A DNA stretch of 63,379 bases, filler included, from Craspedostauros australis (Eukaryota), in assembly GCA_030167865.1 (NCBI GenBank). It is 8 parts of 8 records of this genome, joined end to end, with 100 filler letters (N's around TTAATTAATTAA, not from the genome) between each part and the next. Parts side by side here need not be neighbours in the genome. Positions count along the whole stretch, not along the records: positions 1 to 15,293 come from JALAGF010001338.1; 7 more parts are not named here. One strand, written 5' to 3'. The stretch's first letter is position 1. Every line of letters starts with the position of its first letter. Of this stretch, positions 1 to 11,760 are shown in pieces. Made by a program: the position numbers and the translations under genes. The notes beneath the pieces were generated by a model. It saw only the letters and a list, made by a program, of their open reading frames with translations, ran no database searches and was not told the DNA's origin.

Positions 1-1217
1 CTTCAGCAGCAGCCTCTCTGCCGAGTCCACCAGCACGGGCGGATTCGATCTCATCCTCGCCTCGTACACGGCATCGGAGATACCCCACGTCACGGCCAAT
101 TTGACCGCCGCCGCCATCCTGTTCCAGCGATGCAATCCAGGCGGCATCGTCGTCTTCATCGAACCTGGCACGCCGGATGGATTCAACACTCTGCGCGCCA
201 CTCGCAACATGATTCTGGATTGCTGCCCGCCGGAGGATCCGGATTTCGAATGGGAGGAACGTCATCGCGCCCTGCACGCACAATGGACAATGCCCCATGG
301 AACGTCACAAGAAGAATTCCTCGCGACCATCGTCCGTCCAGCTGGCGGGTGGCAAAGATATCGAGCAAGACTTTTTTGACGGTGACGATTTCGAAGAGAT
401 CGAAGATGACAACGACGTCGATGGTATGGATGGATTCGAAAGTGACGACAACGATTATGATGATGATGATGATGACGACGAGGATGATGATTTCTTCGAT
501 GGTACTGACGAGAGTGACGATGATGACAGGGAGCAAGGCTCAATCGAAGATGCCGACTACATTGACCTGATGGCCAATTCTGCTGGATTGATGTCGGAAA
601 CGGAATTGTACAATTCCTCATTTTGCAGCTTCGTGCAAACCATGCCTGGCAAGGGACACAAACGAAAAGACGAGAAGTTTTCCTATTTGGTGGTCCAAAA
701 GCGGCTGGCGAACAAGGGCGCGAAGACTGCAGCGAATGCGCACCATGACAATGGCGACGACGATGATACTGCCCAGAATCACGAAAGCAAGATGGAGAAT
801 GCCACAAAGATCCTTGCCAACTTGCACCGGGGCGCGAAAGATCAGCACATCCCGACGTTGGAGAAGTACTATCAGCAGGCGATCGATTTGGAAGAGGAAT
901 TTGTGGAGGTGGACGATGACGAGTTGGGATTGGAGCTGCTACACGGCGACGACAACCGCGGGGCTTTCGGCCGCATCGTCCATGCGCCATTGAAGAAGCG
1001 CGGCCATGTGTACATTGACTACTGCGCTGCTCCGGGACGCATCATCCGTGGTCGGGTCACGAAGAGCATGAACGACTACGCGCCAGGCATCTACGCGTCC
1101 GCGCGCAAGAGCAGGCGGGGTGGATACTGGCCAGACACCATGGAGAAGGTATTCTCCCAAGAACAGAAGCAGCAGCAAGATGAAGATGAACGGAGCACGA
1201 GCCGGTCGTGCAAGTGA
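1..1217 (+). CDS. RSM22: Rsm22/METTL17-like mitoribosome small-subunit assembly factor (methyltransferase fold); 5'-truncated, apparent frameshift at ~260
   Basis: FDLILASY..SEI and VFIEPGTPDGF in one frame; VIAPCTHNGQCP, FCSFVQ, EKFSYLV, GRIVHAPLKKRGHVYIDYC and YASARKSRRGGYWP in the frame starting at 261. These are Rsm22-family motifs. Confidence 0.85.
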
Positions 1218-1295
1218 GAAACGCTTGTACGAGCAAGAGTATTGGGAAAATATGGTAGTCTATCTGCACTTGGACGACTTAAGTTCAACATGGCA

Positions 1296-3518
1296 TCATG
1301 GCATGTGAAGCGCAGTGACCCCATCGTTGTTTTTGAGATCAATCTTTATGTCAGCTCCGTCCAGGTCTAACAAATATTCAGATATATTGGCGTTGCCCTT
1401 TGCGCAAGCAATGTGCAGCGGCGTGTTGCCGTCATTGTTTTGGACGTTGAAGTCCCAGTGATCTTGTTTGTGTTTCGATAGAGCCCTGACAATGCCAATG
1501 TCTCCACGCTCACAAGTAGCATGAAGGGCAGTGTCCCCGTTGGCGTTTTGAATGTCCACCCTGACAGTCCTTGGGAACAGTTTCATGACTTTGTCAACTT
1601 TTGTCTCGTAGCAAATGCGCAAGAGAACATGAAGCGCCGTGTCTCCCTTCTTGTTTTGCACGTTGAAGTTAATGCTTGCCCGATTCCGGTCTATCAGAAA
1701 TTCAATTCCTTCGTAATCGATCTTTTTCCAAAATGTCTCTGTGTGGAACGGCGCATCATCGTCGGTGAATGGTATGCTTGGGTCAATGTTCCCGCCACAG
1801 GACTCCTTCAGAAAGTCTCTGAAGTCTCTCCGCTTGAGTTTCTGTAAGGCAATATGAAACGGGGTCTCACCTTGGTGGTTCCGCAAGTTGAAGTCGAATC
1901 TGTCCCGACCTCTTGTGAGCACACACCAGATCCCGGTGCGAGATCCCCGAACCGCAATATGAAGCGGAGTGTCGCCATCGTTGTTTTGGATGTTCACGTC
2001 GACATGTGACTCCTTGAGAGAAACGATAGCGTAAGCAATATCTGCGTCATACCCCCAATGTTTGCAAGCAAGATGGAGCGGGGCGTTCCCTTCGTTGTTT
2101 CGGATGTTCCAGTCGATGTTGCCCTTGGACGCTTCCAGCAACTCACGGAAGGTATCTTCACACTCATGTCTGCATGCGACATGAACAGGAGTATCGCCCT
2201 TGTTGTTTTGGATGTTGAAGTCAATCGCATCTGCGTATGTAGACAGCAAGATATGGCCAGAGCTGCTTCTCTTAGTCTGAAAGGCAAGATGCAGGGGAGT
2301 GTCGCCGTCGTTGTTTCGCACATTGACATCCAGTAAGCCTTTGCTTGATGCAAGCAAAGCCTTCAGTTTTGGCGATCTATCCTTTCCACAGGCAAAGTGA
2401 AGGGCTGTATTTCCATCGTTGTCTTTGATGTTGACGTCAATCAAGTCGTTGCGACGTTCCAACAATGAAGACAGCACGGATCTGCTACCGTACGAACATG
2501 CTAGGTGGAGCGCTGTTCTACCTCCATTGTCTTTCAGGCTGACGCTATCGTTGAATTGGTCAAACTTCTGAAGGTGTTCCATCGCATCCAAAGAATCAGA
2601 GTTCGAGACTTGGTGAAGCGGAGTTTGTCCGTAATCGTTTTGGATCTTGATGCTGGAGTTCGCTGGATCCGACTCCACCATGCACTTCACCATGGTACTC
2701 ATCTTCTCGCGGCAGGCAACGTGCAACGCTGTCTCCCCATACTTATTCCTGGCGCTGAAATCGAGACTGACTCTCTCAGACTCGATCAGCCACTTGAAAA
2801 TATCCACACGGCCGCCCCGGCAAGCATGATGAAACGCTGTGTCGTTGTATCGCCCGCTTCTTCCATTCGCATCAATATCCAATTGCTCTGTTTCAATCAA
2901 ATATTTCACCAAATCCACATGGCCATGACTGCAAGCAGCATGGAAAGGGGACAACGCATCTTCGCCATGCAGGTTGACATCCACATTGAACACGCCCGAT
3001 TCAGTCAAGTACTCAACAATCTCTTGCCATCCAAGTGCGCAGGCATATCCGAATGGAGTCTCGCCAGCATTGTTCATCACGTTGATGTCAATGGTGTCAT
3101 TGTGTGACTCAACCAAGAATCTCACCATGGCCATGCTCCCGCGGCGACATGCAAGATGCAGAACTGTGTCACCATTCGCGCCTTGCGAGTTGATATCTAT
3201 ATTGAAGCGCGCTGATTTGGCCAGATACTGAGCCACACGAGTGTGCCTCATCGCACAAACGATTTGCCAGGGTGTTTGACCATTTGTATTCTTGATGGTG
3301 AAGTCGATGCTCTCTGGAATGGACTCAACCAAGTGCTCAACCACGCCCAAGTGCCCTTCCATGCAAGCGAGATGAAATGGCGTGTTGCCTTGTCCGTCTT
3401 TGGTGTTTATGTTGTCGTTGCGTTGGCCAGCCGGGACCAGGAGCCGAACTCTGTCCAGTTTGCCTGATCGACAAGCATTGTGAAGGACAGAAAAGGCACG
3501 AGCCAGTGGACGCGGCAT
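1296..3518 (-). CDS. Multi-ankyrin-repeat protein (740 aa)
   Basis: About 20 tandem GxTP/ALHxAC...DxNxxN repeats; ends part-way through a repeat (GVTALHMP*). Confidence 0.9.
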   Translation of the reverse strand: MPRPLARAFSVLHNACRSGKLDRVRLLVPAGQRNDNINTKDGQGNTPFHLACMEGHLGVVEHLVESIPESIDFTIKNTNGQTPWQIVCAMRHTRVAQYLAKSARFNIDINSQGANGDTVLHLACRRGSMAMVRFLVESHNDTIDINVMNNAGETPFGYACALGWQEIVEYLTESGVFNVDVNLHGEDALSPFHAACSHGHVDLVKYLIETEQLDIDANGRSGRYNDTAFHHACRGGRVDIFKWLIESERVSLDFSARNKYGETALHVACREKMSTMVKCMVESDPANSSIKIQNDYGQTPLHQVSNSDSLDAMEHLQKFDQFNDSVSLKDNGGRTALHLACSYGSRSVLSSLLERRNDLIDVNIKDNDGNTALHFACGKDRSPKLKALLASSKGLLDVNVRNNDGDTPLHLAFQTKRSSSGHILLSTYADAIDFNIQNNKGDTPVHVACRHECEDTFRELLEASKGNIDWNIRNNEGNAPLHLACKHWGYDADIAYAIVSLKESHVDVNIQNNDGDTPLHIAVRGSRTGIWCVLTRGRDRFDFNLRNHQGETPFHIALQKLKRRDFRDFLKESCGGNIDPSIPFTDDDAPFHTETFWKKIDYEGIEFLIDRNRASINFNVQNKKGDTALHVLLRICYETKVDKVMKLFPRTVRVDIQNANGDTALHATCERGDIGIVRALSKHKQDHWDFNVQNNDGNTPLHIACAKGNANISEYLLDLDGADIKIDLKNNDGVTALHMP

Positions 3519-4865
3519 GATGATGGGGGAAACAGTCGTACAAAACGGGTGGACTCGACGTGCGTGCTGTGGTGGAAGGTTCGATTGTGTTTGGTGGTGT
3601 TATCAGTGCGTGCATAGTAATATGAGGTATCAAGGGGAACAAAGGTGGAGGATCAAGGTGTAAAGTGAGGAATCGTGTGCAATCAGCAGCGCATGTGAAT
3701 GATTCTTAAGCATGGTGCTTGGGCAGACTACCTGTGACATGATTGAACTCACTGGTTTGGTGGAGAGTTGGTGGAGTGTGGTTGGTTCTAGCGATGAGCT
3801 GACACCTACTTCTGCTGCTTCTGCTCTCGAGTTCCTTGAGTCCTCAAGCTCGATGACTACTTGGCTCAATTGATGAGATTGATTTGTGAGCTTGTCAATC
3901 GCAACACCCAAATCGATGTTGCACGCCTTGATAACGTTTTGTGTGCTCGTTGATTCCAAACATCGTGGTCTCCACGATGTTCACAAGACATGACAAACGT
4001 GACGGTGACACGATGTTGTGTTTCTGTGATGTGCGCACATCTCAGGTTTTGATTGGAACCACATCGTGGAAGAATCTGTGCAAGAATCAACGACTGAAAC
4101 AACATGATCCGTATCAACCGTTGGACGAATGGCTGCGACTCAAATTTTGGAGAATGAAAGTTCGAGAGACTGATTGCAGTCACCTTCGTAGGTACGAGTA
4201 TGTGCAAGTCGGCCAAAGCACGTTGGACCACCATTCTTTCAGAACCAAACGTTGGTCTATTTGTTGATCTCTGTTGGGACGCTGGGCGCTGCCTGGTTGT
4301 CTGGAAGAGCGACGCCATCGTCGCGATCGACTCGATGCCTCGATTCAACTCAGTCTCTCTCTGTCTTTCTGAAGGATGCAATTTCTATTCTCAAGGGAGC
4401 GAGATCGTGTGTACACTTCGATGTATTGTACCTACATGGAGATGCGAAAGCAACGATGGTCTCTGTTGACTTGTGTCCTGTTGTTGACGGAGATGGCGCC
4501 AACACGATCCACCACCAACCAAATGTGAATCCCGCCACGAACAACCAAAGAAGGCAACCTCCGAAGCAAAAGATATCCTGATGCCAACGAGAGGACGCAT
4601 CAAGAACAAAGGATAGCTCGTACCAGCAATTGCAGGCAGCACAGTTGTAGGAGATCAGAGCGCCAATGAAATCATCCATCAACACATATCACCCAATGGA
4701 CTCCTCTTGGGATCGTATGAGCTGGTTGACGCCACAAGTTGAACTTCACTCCATTTGTTTCTCTGCGACTACTGTTGTAATTATAACGATGTGATGAGTA
4801 CCTACCATGCTTACTCGTATGCAATCCACAGCACGTCATTTGCCTCTGTCCACAGAGTGTACTCT

Positions 4866-7849
4866 TTAGCCCTTCTTGTCGAACAGGTGACGCTTGGCCG
4901 GTGGGACGACGCTGGTCGGAAGTTCGGATGGGATTGGGCGTCCCTTCTGGACGACGGCATCGCAAAGGAACATGGCCACGACGTACTCGTGGAAATCGAA
5001 GTATCCGTCTCGGTCCATGTCGGACAGGTTCCAGATCTGTCGCAGCTCGTCTCTGCCCAGCCCGGTCTTCACCAGCACATCTCGTGCCTTCTGCGTCGAC
5101 AGGAATCCTCCCTCTGGTCCCAACGACTCGAAACTTCCCACCAACCGATCGGCGGAGTCCTGCAACGCCCAGTAGTGATCGGTGTCTTCCTGGGAATAGC
5201 CGAATGGATTGCTCTCGTGTGCTTCGGGCTTCTTTCCGAACTTGGCCGCTGACTTGGGCAGTGGGACGCTGGCCGATCCGGCGGATGCTGTTCCCATCTT
5301 GGCACGCAGGGTCTCAGGAGAATCTCTCTCGCTTGGGAGTTCCTCCATGAGGGATGGGATGTCCTTGTTCAGCACCTCATCGAGCTGTGCCATCTGCTTT
5401 TCGCTCAGGCTGTGCAGCTCGGCGAACTTGACTTCCCGAAGCTTGGCAGAGAAGCCCGTGATATCCTGCATCAATTTGAGTGATATGTCAATGCATGAGA
5501 TGGGAGTGCATGGTGAAGATGTAGCATGGAAAGTGAATCGGCATGATAAATGAGGAAGCAAGCGATAGTGACAGTGTGAGGGAACGGCGATCGCGGACAT
5601 GACGTTGCACAAATGAGAGGACTGCCTGGTCAGGTTACATGCAGATGTGCGTACGCAAGTGCAAGAGGCGACCTTGTGAACTTACGGGGAAGTCGCCTGG
5701 TGCAAGGTTGTACTTCTTCATGACCGAGCGGAAGACATTTGGGAGGTCATTGATGAGCTTTTGCTGCTTCTTTTCCTTGCCCATCAAGGATGGCATCTGG
5801 CTCTTCAAGTATCCCAAGATGTGGGCCTGAAATGGGTCAAGTGAGGAGGAAAAGAGTGGCAATAATGAAGTTGATTCATCGCGGATGATGTGTGCGGGTA
5901 TTCGTGTCGAAGCGAGTATTGTTGAGTAGACAACAGCACAGGAAGAGGTAGGATGACGTCAATGTGTGAGATGACTGTGTGCATTCAATTCAATTCAATT
6001 CAATACTTTGATCAAGAACATACAAATCAGAGCACATCAGAGACAGGTCGATACATACCAGAGTCTTGACCTTGCGGATGCGCTTGACAAGCTCGTTGAT
6101 CTTTCGCACCGCCGATTGACGTGGGAGGACGGCAAGATCCTTCATGAGATCCTTCTCCTCCGCCTCGAACAGTTCTGAATTCTCGAGGGTGTTGAGCGGT
6201 TCCTGCCAGAACGATCCGACGTAGACGCGCACGACTTCCGGCGACGACATGGTCTTTCCGAGGGACCAAAGGAGGGCACCGTAGACGCGCATGAGCTGCT
6301 GGCGGTTGATCTGATCTGCCTTGTTGAGGATGCAACGGATCTTGTCCTCATGTCCCTTGAGCACGTCGATAGCACCCTTCAGTTCGTCGGAGATGTCGAG
6401 CTTGTGGGCATCGAAGAGAAGGATGATGAGGTCCGCGCGTTCGGCGAACCAGGACACGACCTTGGTGAAGTCGTAGCCACGGTTCGTCCTTTGCTTTTCG
6501 CCGGACAAGACACCGGGTGTGTCAACAAGAGTGACGCTGCGAAGGACGCTGCTGGGCATCTGGCTACCTTCGAATCGGCTGAGGAACGACACACCGAAAC
6601 GTTCCAGTCCACGGAATGGCATATCCGGATGCACCGACAACGCATTTCCAGGGATGGTACGTTCCTCGGGACCGTTGATCAAGACTGCGTGCCAGCAGAG
6701 GTGGGGGTATCGTATCGCATCATATCGTGTGCGGTTGTTCATTCATTCGGTCATTCATTCGTTTGCAAGTCCGCGCATGCGTGGTCAATTGAGAATGTGT
6801 GAGTTGGCATCAAATTGCAGGATGCGGATGATTGGCCACATGTGTTCCTGGATGCGTGTGCATCAATCAATCAGCAGTGGCACCAAATTGACAGGATGGA
6901 GTGCGGTAGTTCGACTGAAAACCTTGTCCCAACATCAGTGACACGACAATCCCCCCTCCTGACGGTGTGTCTTCAGTCGTCCGTCCTCAAAGTTGCCAAG
7001 CAGCAACATTTTGCAATTGTTGGAAAGCAGACAAGATGCACATACCGGTGAATCGGTCTGTGGTTGGTTCTGGTCCAATACGTTGTCCGGGGAAGTCACG
7101 TCCCAAGAGGTATCGGATGAAGGATGTCTTTCCGACACTGTACTGTCCCACCAGCAAAACTTGTGGCTTGGCTGCGCGGTGTGTTATTCGTTCATCGGTT
7201 GGCGGTGCCACGATGGTAATTGATTTGATGAGTCGTCACATGCGCATACCAATGCAAGTGAGAATATCGCATTGGCAATCGTCATTGTTTGTGTTGTCGT
7301 CGTCGTCATTGTTTTCAAGATCCAGAGGAGAGCAAGAGGAAAGGATGGCGAGTTGGTTAGGATGGCACAGAGCATGAGAGACCGAGTGTGAGGCCTGACA
7401 AACAGATGAACGACTAATGTGGCGTGCAAGACAATCGCACGAAACAAGCCGGCCATGGTGGACGACTTCGAACATCATGACTCATTCCATCAGAGGTCGA
7501 AAACACGATTGCCAGCACATCTCTTTTTCCAAATTCCTCGCTGTTGCGGGAACGGATGGAAGTATCCAAGGCACTGGACTCCATGATGATGATCTCTCTC
7601 TTGTCTGCGCAACCACGCACCATCGAACTCCACGTCGGTCAGGAGGGGACTTTCGTAGAAGTAATCGTATCGGTATCGCTTCTCGACGGGGAGGACGACC
7701 TTGCGGTAGATGGTCTTGAGACGTCCCGTGATGACGGAAGTGCGATCCGCGATCTCATCGCCGCTGCCTCCGCTCTTGTTGGGAGCCGCGAAGCTGGCGG
7801 AGGATACATTGGAGTCTGATGCTGCCCAGCCGGGTGCTGAGTCGGGCAT
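4866..7849 (-). CDS. EHD: EH-domain-containing dynamin-like ATPase (EHD/RME-1 family); exons 7849-7621, 7171-7046, 6684-6059, 5826-5686, 5465-4866
   Basis: KPQVLLVGQYSVGKTSFI, IGPEPTTDRF, DTPGVLSGEKQ, LFDAHKLDISDE, NKAD and a C-terminal EH domain (IWNLSDMDRDG). All four introns are GT-AG and phase-compatible. Confidence 0.95.
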
Positions 7850-8734
7850 TTTGTTTGTTGTCGTTGGCTTCTTGTTGTTGGCTTGTTGCCTGTGTTGGTA
7901 CTATTCAGCCAGGTGGGTGCAATGCGGTGAGATTGTGATTGTGATGATAGCAGTTGGTGTTGCGAATCGGAACAAGAATCTGTGTGCGCAAGACGGGAAG
8001 AATGGTGGATGCAATCTTTTGCCGACCGTGTTGTTGCTGATCGTGGACGTGTCAACGAATGATGCATCTTCGCGATCTGGGAAACAGAAAACGCGCAGAC
8101 GGAGAGACTCGCGTCTGCTTCCGTTGAGCGCTACGCTGGCATCGCAAGCTACCGATTGCGCACCCAATAACCGTAGCCGTTACGGGCCGAGATCGTAGAC
8201 GTCTTGCCGCCAGATCTCAATCTACAACAACAAAACAAGCACAACCCAATCTCCAAGCAATACTGCTCACACTCTACTCATTCTCAACTTGTATTACTTC
8301 ATGTAGTATTCTATTCCACATAAGTTTCTAAGCCACGTTTCACTACAAGATAGAGAAGACACAACAACCACACCTACAATAGGCTTGGTCTACCTGTCAT
8401 GAAAAGCATAGTGTACTATTATTAGAATAGAAACTCATTTGAGGCCAATGAAGGGATTCTATCGTTCTCTGTGGAGATGTTATTAAAGATGCCGAACTAC
8501 AGGCAGAGTAGTCGCACGTAGACCAGATTGCTCATTGATGGAGCTGTGGGCTCTGTTTCGTGGCACCCATCCAGACCATGCCGAGTGATGGTCTTGCGTG
8601 TCGGCAGGAAGACAAAAGGCGTCGAATGTACGACTGCAACACGTGTACCTACGTGCGAGTGGATTGGCAGGCACGACCACGAACGAATGTCGCAATGCTC
8701 TTGTACTTCTCAGCTACGAGTATAACCCAAGTCT

Positions 8735-9916
8735 CTAAGCCTCGGCGTCGTTATCTGTGTTGTTGCTGCTGTCGCTGTTTGCGTTGGCGGAACTATCGGC
8801 GTGATGCGTCACGGCCGCCAGATCAAAGTTGCAAAGCGGACAGCGCGTGTGATTGTCGGTCCATGACGTGATGCAGTCGGCGTGGTACACGTGCTTGCAT
8901 GGTAACGAGACCAGGTTCTCCCCGTCCTCGTACTCGCCCAGGCAGATGGAGCAGTGCGGCTCCTCCTCGGTGTCGTCCTTCGAGAACTGTCGGCCGTCGT
9001 TGTCGTTCTGCGCCACGCTGCCGTACTCACCCTTCTTCTTGGTCTCGTCGATGCCCGATGCCTTCGCATGCGTGGCCGACTCGTACTCGAATCGATCCCA
9101 CTCCTCCTTGGCTTCGTCGCTGACTCCGGAGGCACCGGCGTGACCGTCGGGGTGACCGAAGCCGCCCTCCATCATCTGCCTCTGCGACTCCATGATGGCC
9201 AGAGCCAGCTGGGCCTGGAAGGACATCATGCGCAGGCTGTTGCGGTCGATCTCGCCGTTCTCTGCATTCTCGGTGACCTCGCGCATCATGCGCTCCAGCT
9301 CCTCCTCGCGGTCTCTGGTGGCGCGGATGAAGCGCGCGGTGAAGTGGGTGCCGAACATGCAGAGCATCATGAGGCCGAAGTCGCCGGAGCTCAGCGCTTG
9401 CACCCACAGCCGGAACAGGATGAAGACCGCCAGCAGCACGCAGGCGCTCGTGCGTCTGCGGATGTGCTCACGCTCCTCCTGCAGATCGGCGACGGTGATC
9501 GTGCGACGCGAGGTGGAGGCGGCTGCGCGCGTTCTGCCGTCTGCGTCTTCCGCGCCTGCACCGGCCTCCGCGTCGTTGACCGCAGCGGACGATGAGCCCC
9601 TCCCAGCGTCGCCGGCCTGGTTCTCAATGTCGACCTCCACCATTGACGAGTTCGCGCCTGTTGTCAGTTCTCCGTCCACATCCTCATCATCGGGAACTGT
9701 TTCCGCGATGACATCACCATCGCTGTGGTCGTCGTTGGTCGCGGGAATGGGTCCTCCGCTGGGCACCCCGAAGCTGTCGTCGGCGGCGGAGGAGGACTGG
9801 GCACGCGGGGATCCACCGTCACTGGTGGGCAGCAGCTGATGCTGGTGCTGCCGCTGCGTGGGACGGCCGCGTCTGTCATCTCCACCCAACGAGAGGAATT
9901 GGGGGAGGTTGGTCAT
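8735..9916 (-). CDS. Membrane-anchored RING-H2 E3 ubiquitin ligase
   Basis: CSICLGEY...LPCKHVYHADCITSW...CPLC RING-H2 motif, with two hydrophobic segments upstream. ATG at 9916. Confidence 0.9.
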   Translation of the reverse strand: MTNLPQFLSLGGDDRRGRPTQRQHQHQLLPTSDGGSPRAQSSSAADDSFGVPSGGPIPATNDDHSDGDVIAETVPDDEDVDGELTTGANSSMVEVDIENQAGDAGRGSSSAAVNDAEAGAGAEDADGRTRAAASTSRRTITVADLQEEREHIRRRTSACVLLAVFILFRLWVQALSSGDFGLMMLCMFGTHFTARFIRATRDREEELERMMREVTENAENGEIDRNSLRMMSFQAQLALAIMESQRQMMEGGFGHPDGHAGASGVSDEAKEEWDRFEYESATHAKASGIDETKKKGEYGSVAQNDNDGRQFSKDDTEEEPHCSICLGEYEDGENLVSLPCKHVYHADCITSWTDNHTRCPLCNFDLAAVTHHADSSANANSDSSNNTDNDAEA

Positions 9917-11355
9917 TGCGGATGTCAGTGCCATTCTTGCTTCTTCTGCTTCTTTTTGTCTTATCAATTGTGTATGGTATAGTGTGGTACTCTGTTGCTG
10001 CTAATGCTACTACTGCTACTACTGCTGCTACTAAAGTCGTTAGAAAGAGAGGTCTTGTGTGTGCGTGTTGGTCTCTTCCTTGTTGCTGTTCAGATCAGTC
10101 GATGCTTCCTTGCCTTGTATTGGTGGCTGGTGGTTGATTCGGATGTCTCTTCTGCTTGTTCCTGAGTTTATCGTTGAATTTATGCGTGTCGGTACATGAA
10201 GATGCGCTGCGGAGGAGGGAACTCCTTCGTTTGGTCTTGCGAAGTTGTTCGTGTTGGTGTCGCTGTCCTCGCTGCGCTCCTGATTCGTTTTTGTTCTTGC
10301 CCACAGCGCAGGCATCATTGACACGTCGAAGAATTCTCTCGTAGCCGCCCGTACTCAACCTACCTGCGACTCAGTGTCACCATCTTTCTCTTCACTTCGA
10401 AACCTGCGAACGAATTCTCGTTGACGCAGTGCATGTCTTCTGCGACGTCTGATACGACATGAAAGAGCCTTCTTTGTGGATGCATCTATCTAGCTTCGTC
10501 CATTTAGTATGGATTGAATTTCAGTGGAAGTTGATGTGGTGCGCTGAATGCAGTGCAAGTGTGGGCACAACTGTGGCGAGAGCATCACGCAATTCAAGTG
10601 GGAGCTCTCTGGAGATGAAGAGTCAGTGCCGGCTATTGTTTCTCCAGTGTTACAGTGGCAATGCTATGGTTATTGTTATTGCTATGACTCTATGCCAATG
10701 GTGTGTTGATGGTGGAGATGTGACAGCATGCGATGCGATGGAGCACGGCGCGTTCTTCAACCACGAATCAGTCAATGCGATCGTCCCTCCTTCGGCAGCA
10801 CTTTCCACATTCCAAGTGAAAGTGCATGGGAAGGAGGGATCTGTTCAGAACATCCAGCGTCATCGATCGTCCCAGGCATCGTACTTTCAATGTAGATTAT
10901 GGGTCGACCGTCGACTTCTGGTTGAAACATGTTCGTCATTCCGCATCATCATCTTCGTATGTGTGATTTCGATGCCATGCCATACCGTGGCATGCTATGC
11001 TATGCAGTATTTTCGGCTCCACCATCACGCCCATCGTAGCAAGCCGCACTGCCGTCCTGAATCATCCATGCTCATCAGCTATTACATTTGCCCTCTTCGC
11101 GAGCATGGAGATCCGTCCGTGTTGTGACTGCATCCGGGCATGTTCCCAGCATGGATGCAGTCGATTCGTTCATGTGTACGTCTCTGCGTTTCGTTTTGGT
11201 GTGGTGCAGGCGCCTTGCCTTTGTGCGCGCTGCAGTTTCGTGCAGGACGGAAACGGGGATCCTGTGCATTCCGACGGATACGTTCACGCACTCCATGTGG
11301 ACGCCACAGTCCAATCTGAGATGGCAAACACAACACCGGAGAGTTGCGTTTTGAA

Positions 11356-11417
11356 TTGATGAAAGTATGTCAAGTGCACCGCAATATGCGCGCATGCACC
11401 GTCATTCACTTTCTCAA
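11356..11417 (-). promoter_or_regulatory. Candidate SECIS element B (canonical AUGA/UGA core, atypical apical loop)
   Basis: Minus strand reads GAAAGUG-A-AUGAC-GGUGCAU(G)CGCG-CAUAU-UGCGGUGCACU-UGAC-A-UACUUUC: helix I, GA/GA kink-turn core and an ~11-bp helix II, downstream of a Sec gene. Confidence 0.65.
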
Positions 11418-11603
11418 AGACCATCGTGCTCAGATCTTGCTGTTGCGTCCTCTCATGGAGTTGAATTTTGTTGTTTTCTGTGAAGCGTAATCGTTTCGGA
11501 GGTGCACATCGTGGACTCGGGAGGAATGAAAGCCACTATCGGCCTAATCGTCGTCAGAACGAGATTCGCTTCGCCGAATCCACTGTGGATCAATCCGCTT
11601 CCT

Positions 11604-11675
11604 ACTTGCATCACCCACCCGTGTCGCTCGTTGCGATCTTCTGATCGAGTTTGGCAACGAGGCGTCGCGGCAAGT
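11604..11675 (-). promoter_or_regulatory. Candidate type-II SECIS-like hairpin A (GCGA core, AAA bulge)
   Basis: ACUUGC-CG-CGAC-GCCUCGUUGCC-AAA-CUC-GAUC(AGAA)GAUC-GCAACGAG-CGAC...GCAAGU. Core-to-AAA spacing is 11 nt as in canonical SECIS, but C replaces U in the core. Confidence 0.45.
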
Positions 11676-11704
11676 TCGCCATGTGGACATGAGCTTCCGT
11701 GGAT

Positions 11705-11753
11705 GCCCTTCCAAGGGGCACATCCTTCTTCGAGGATGCGCTGGAGGAAGGGC
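11705..11753 (-). promoter_or_regulatory. Stem-loop starting at +8 after UGA 11761-11763 (candidate readthrough/Sec-redefinition element)
   Basis: GCCCUUCC/GGAAGGGC (8 bp), an internal loop, then GCGCAUCCU/AGGAUGUGC (9 bp) closed by a CGAAGA loop. Confidence 0.45.
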
Positions 11754-11760
11754 GCGGATG

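Noticed and set aside
3640..4800. Possible decayed F-box-like gene (DVARLDNVLC...WLRL)
   Set aside because: Fragmentary with stops and no convincing motif; cannot be supported without a search.
10459..11127. 222-aa plus-strand ORF
   Set aside because: No recognisable domain and non-protein-like composition; probably spurious.
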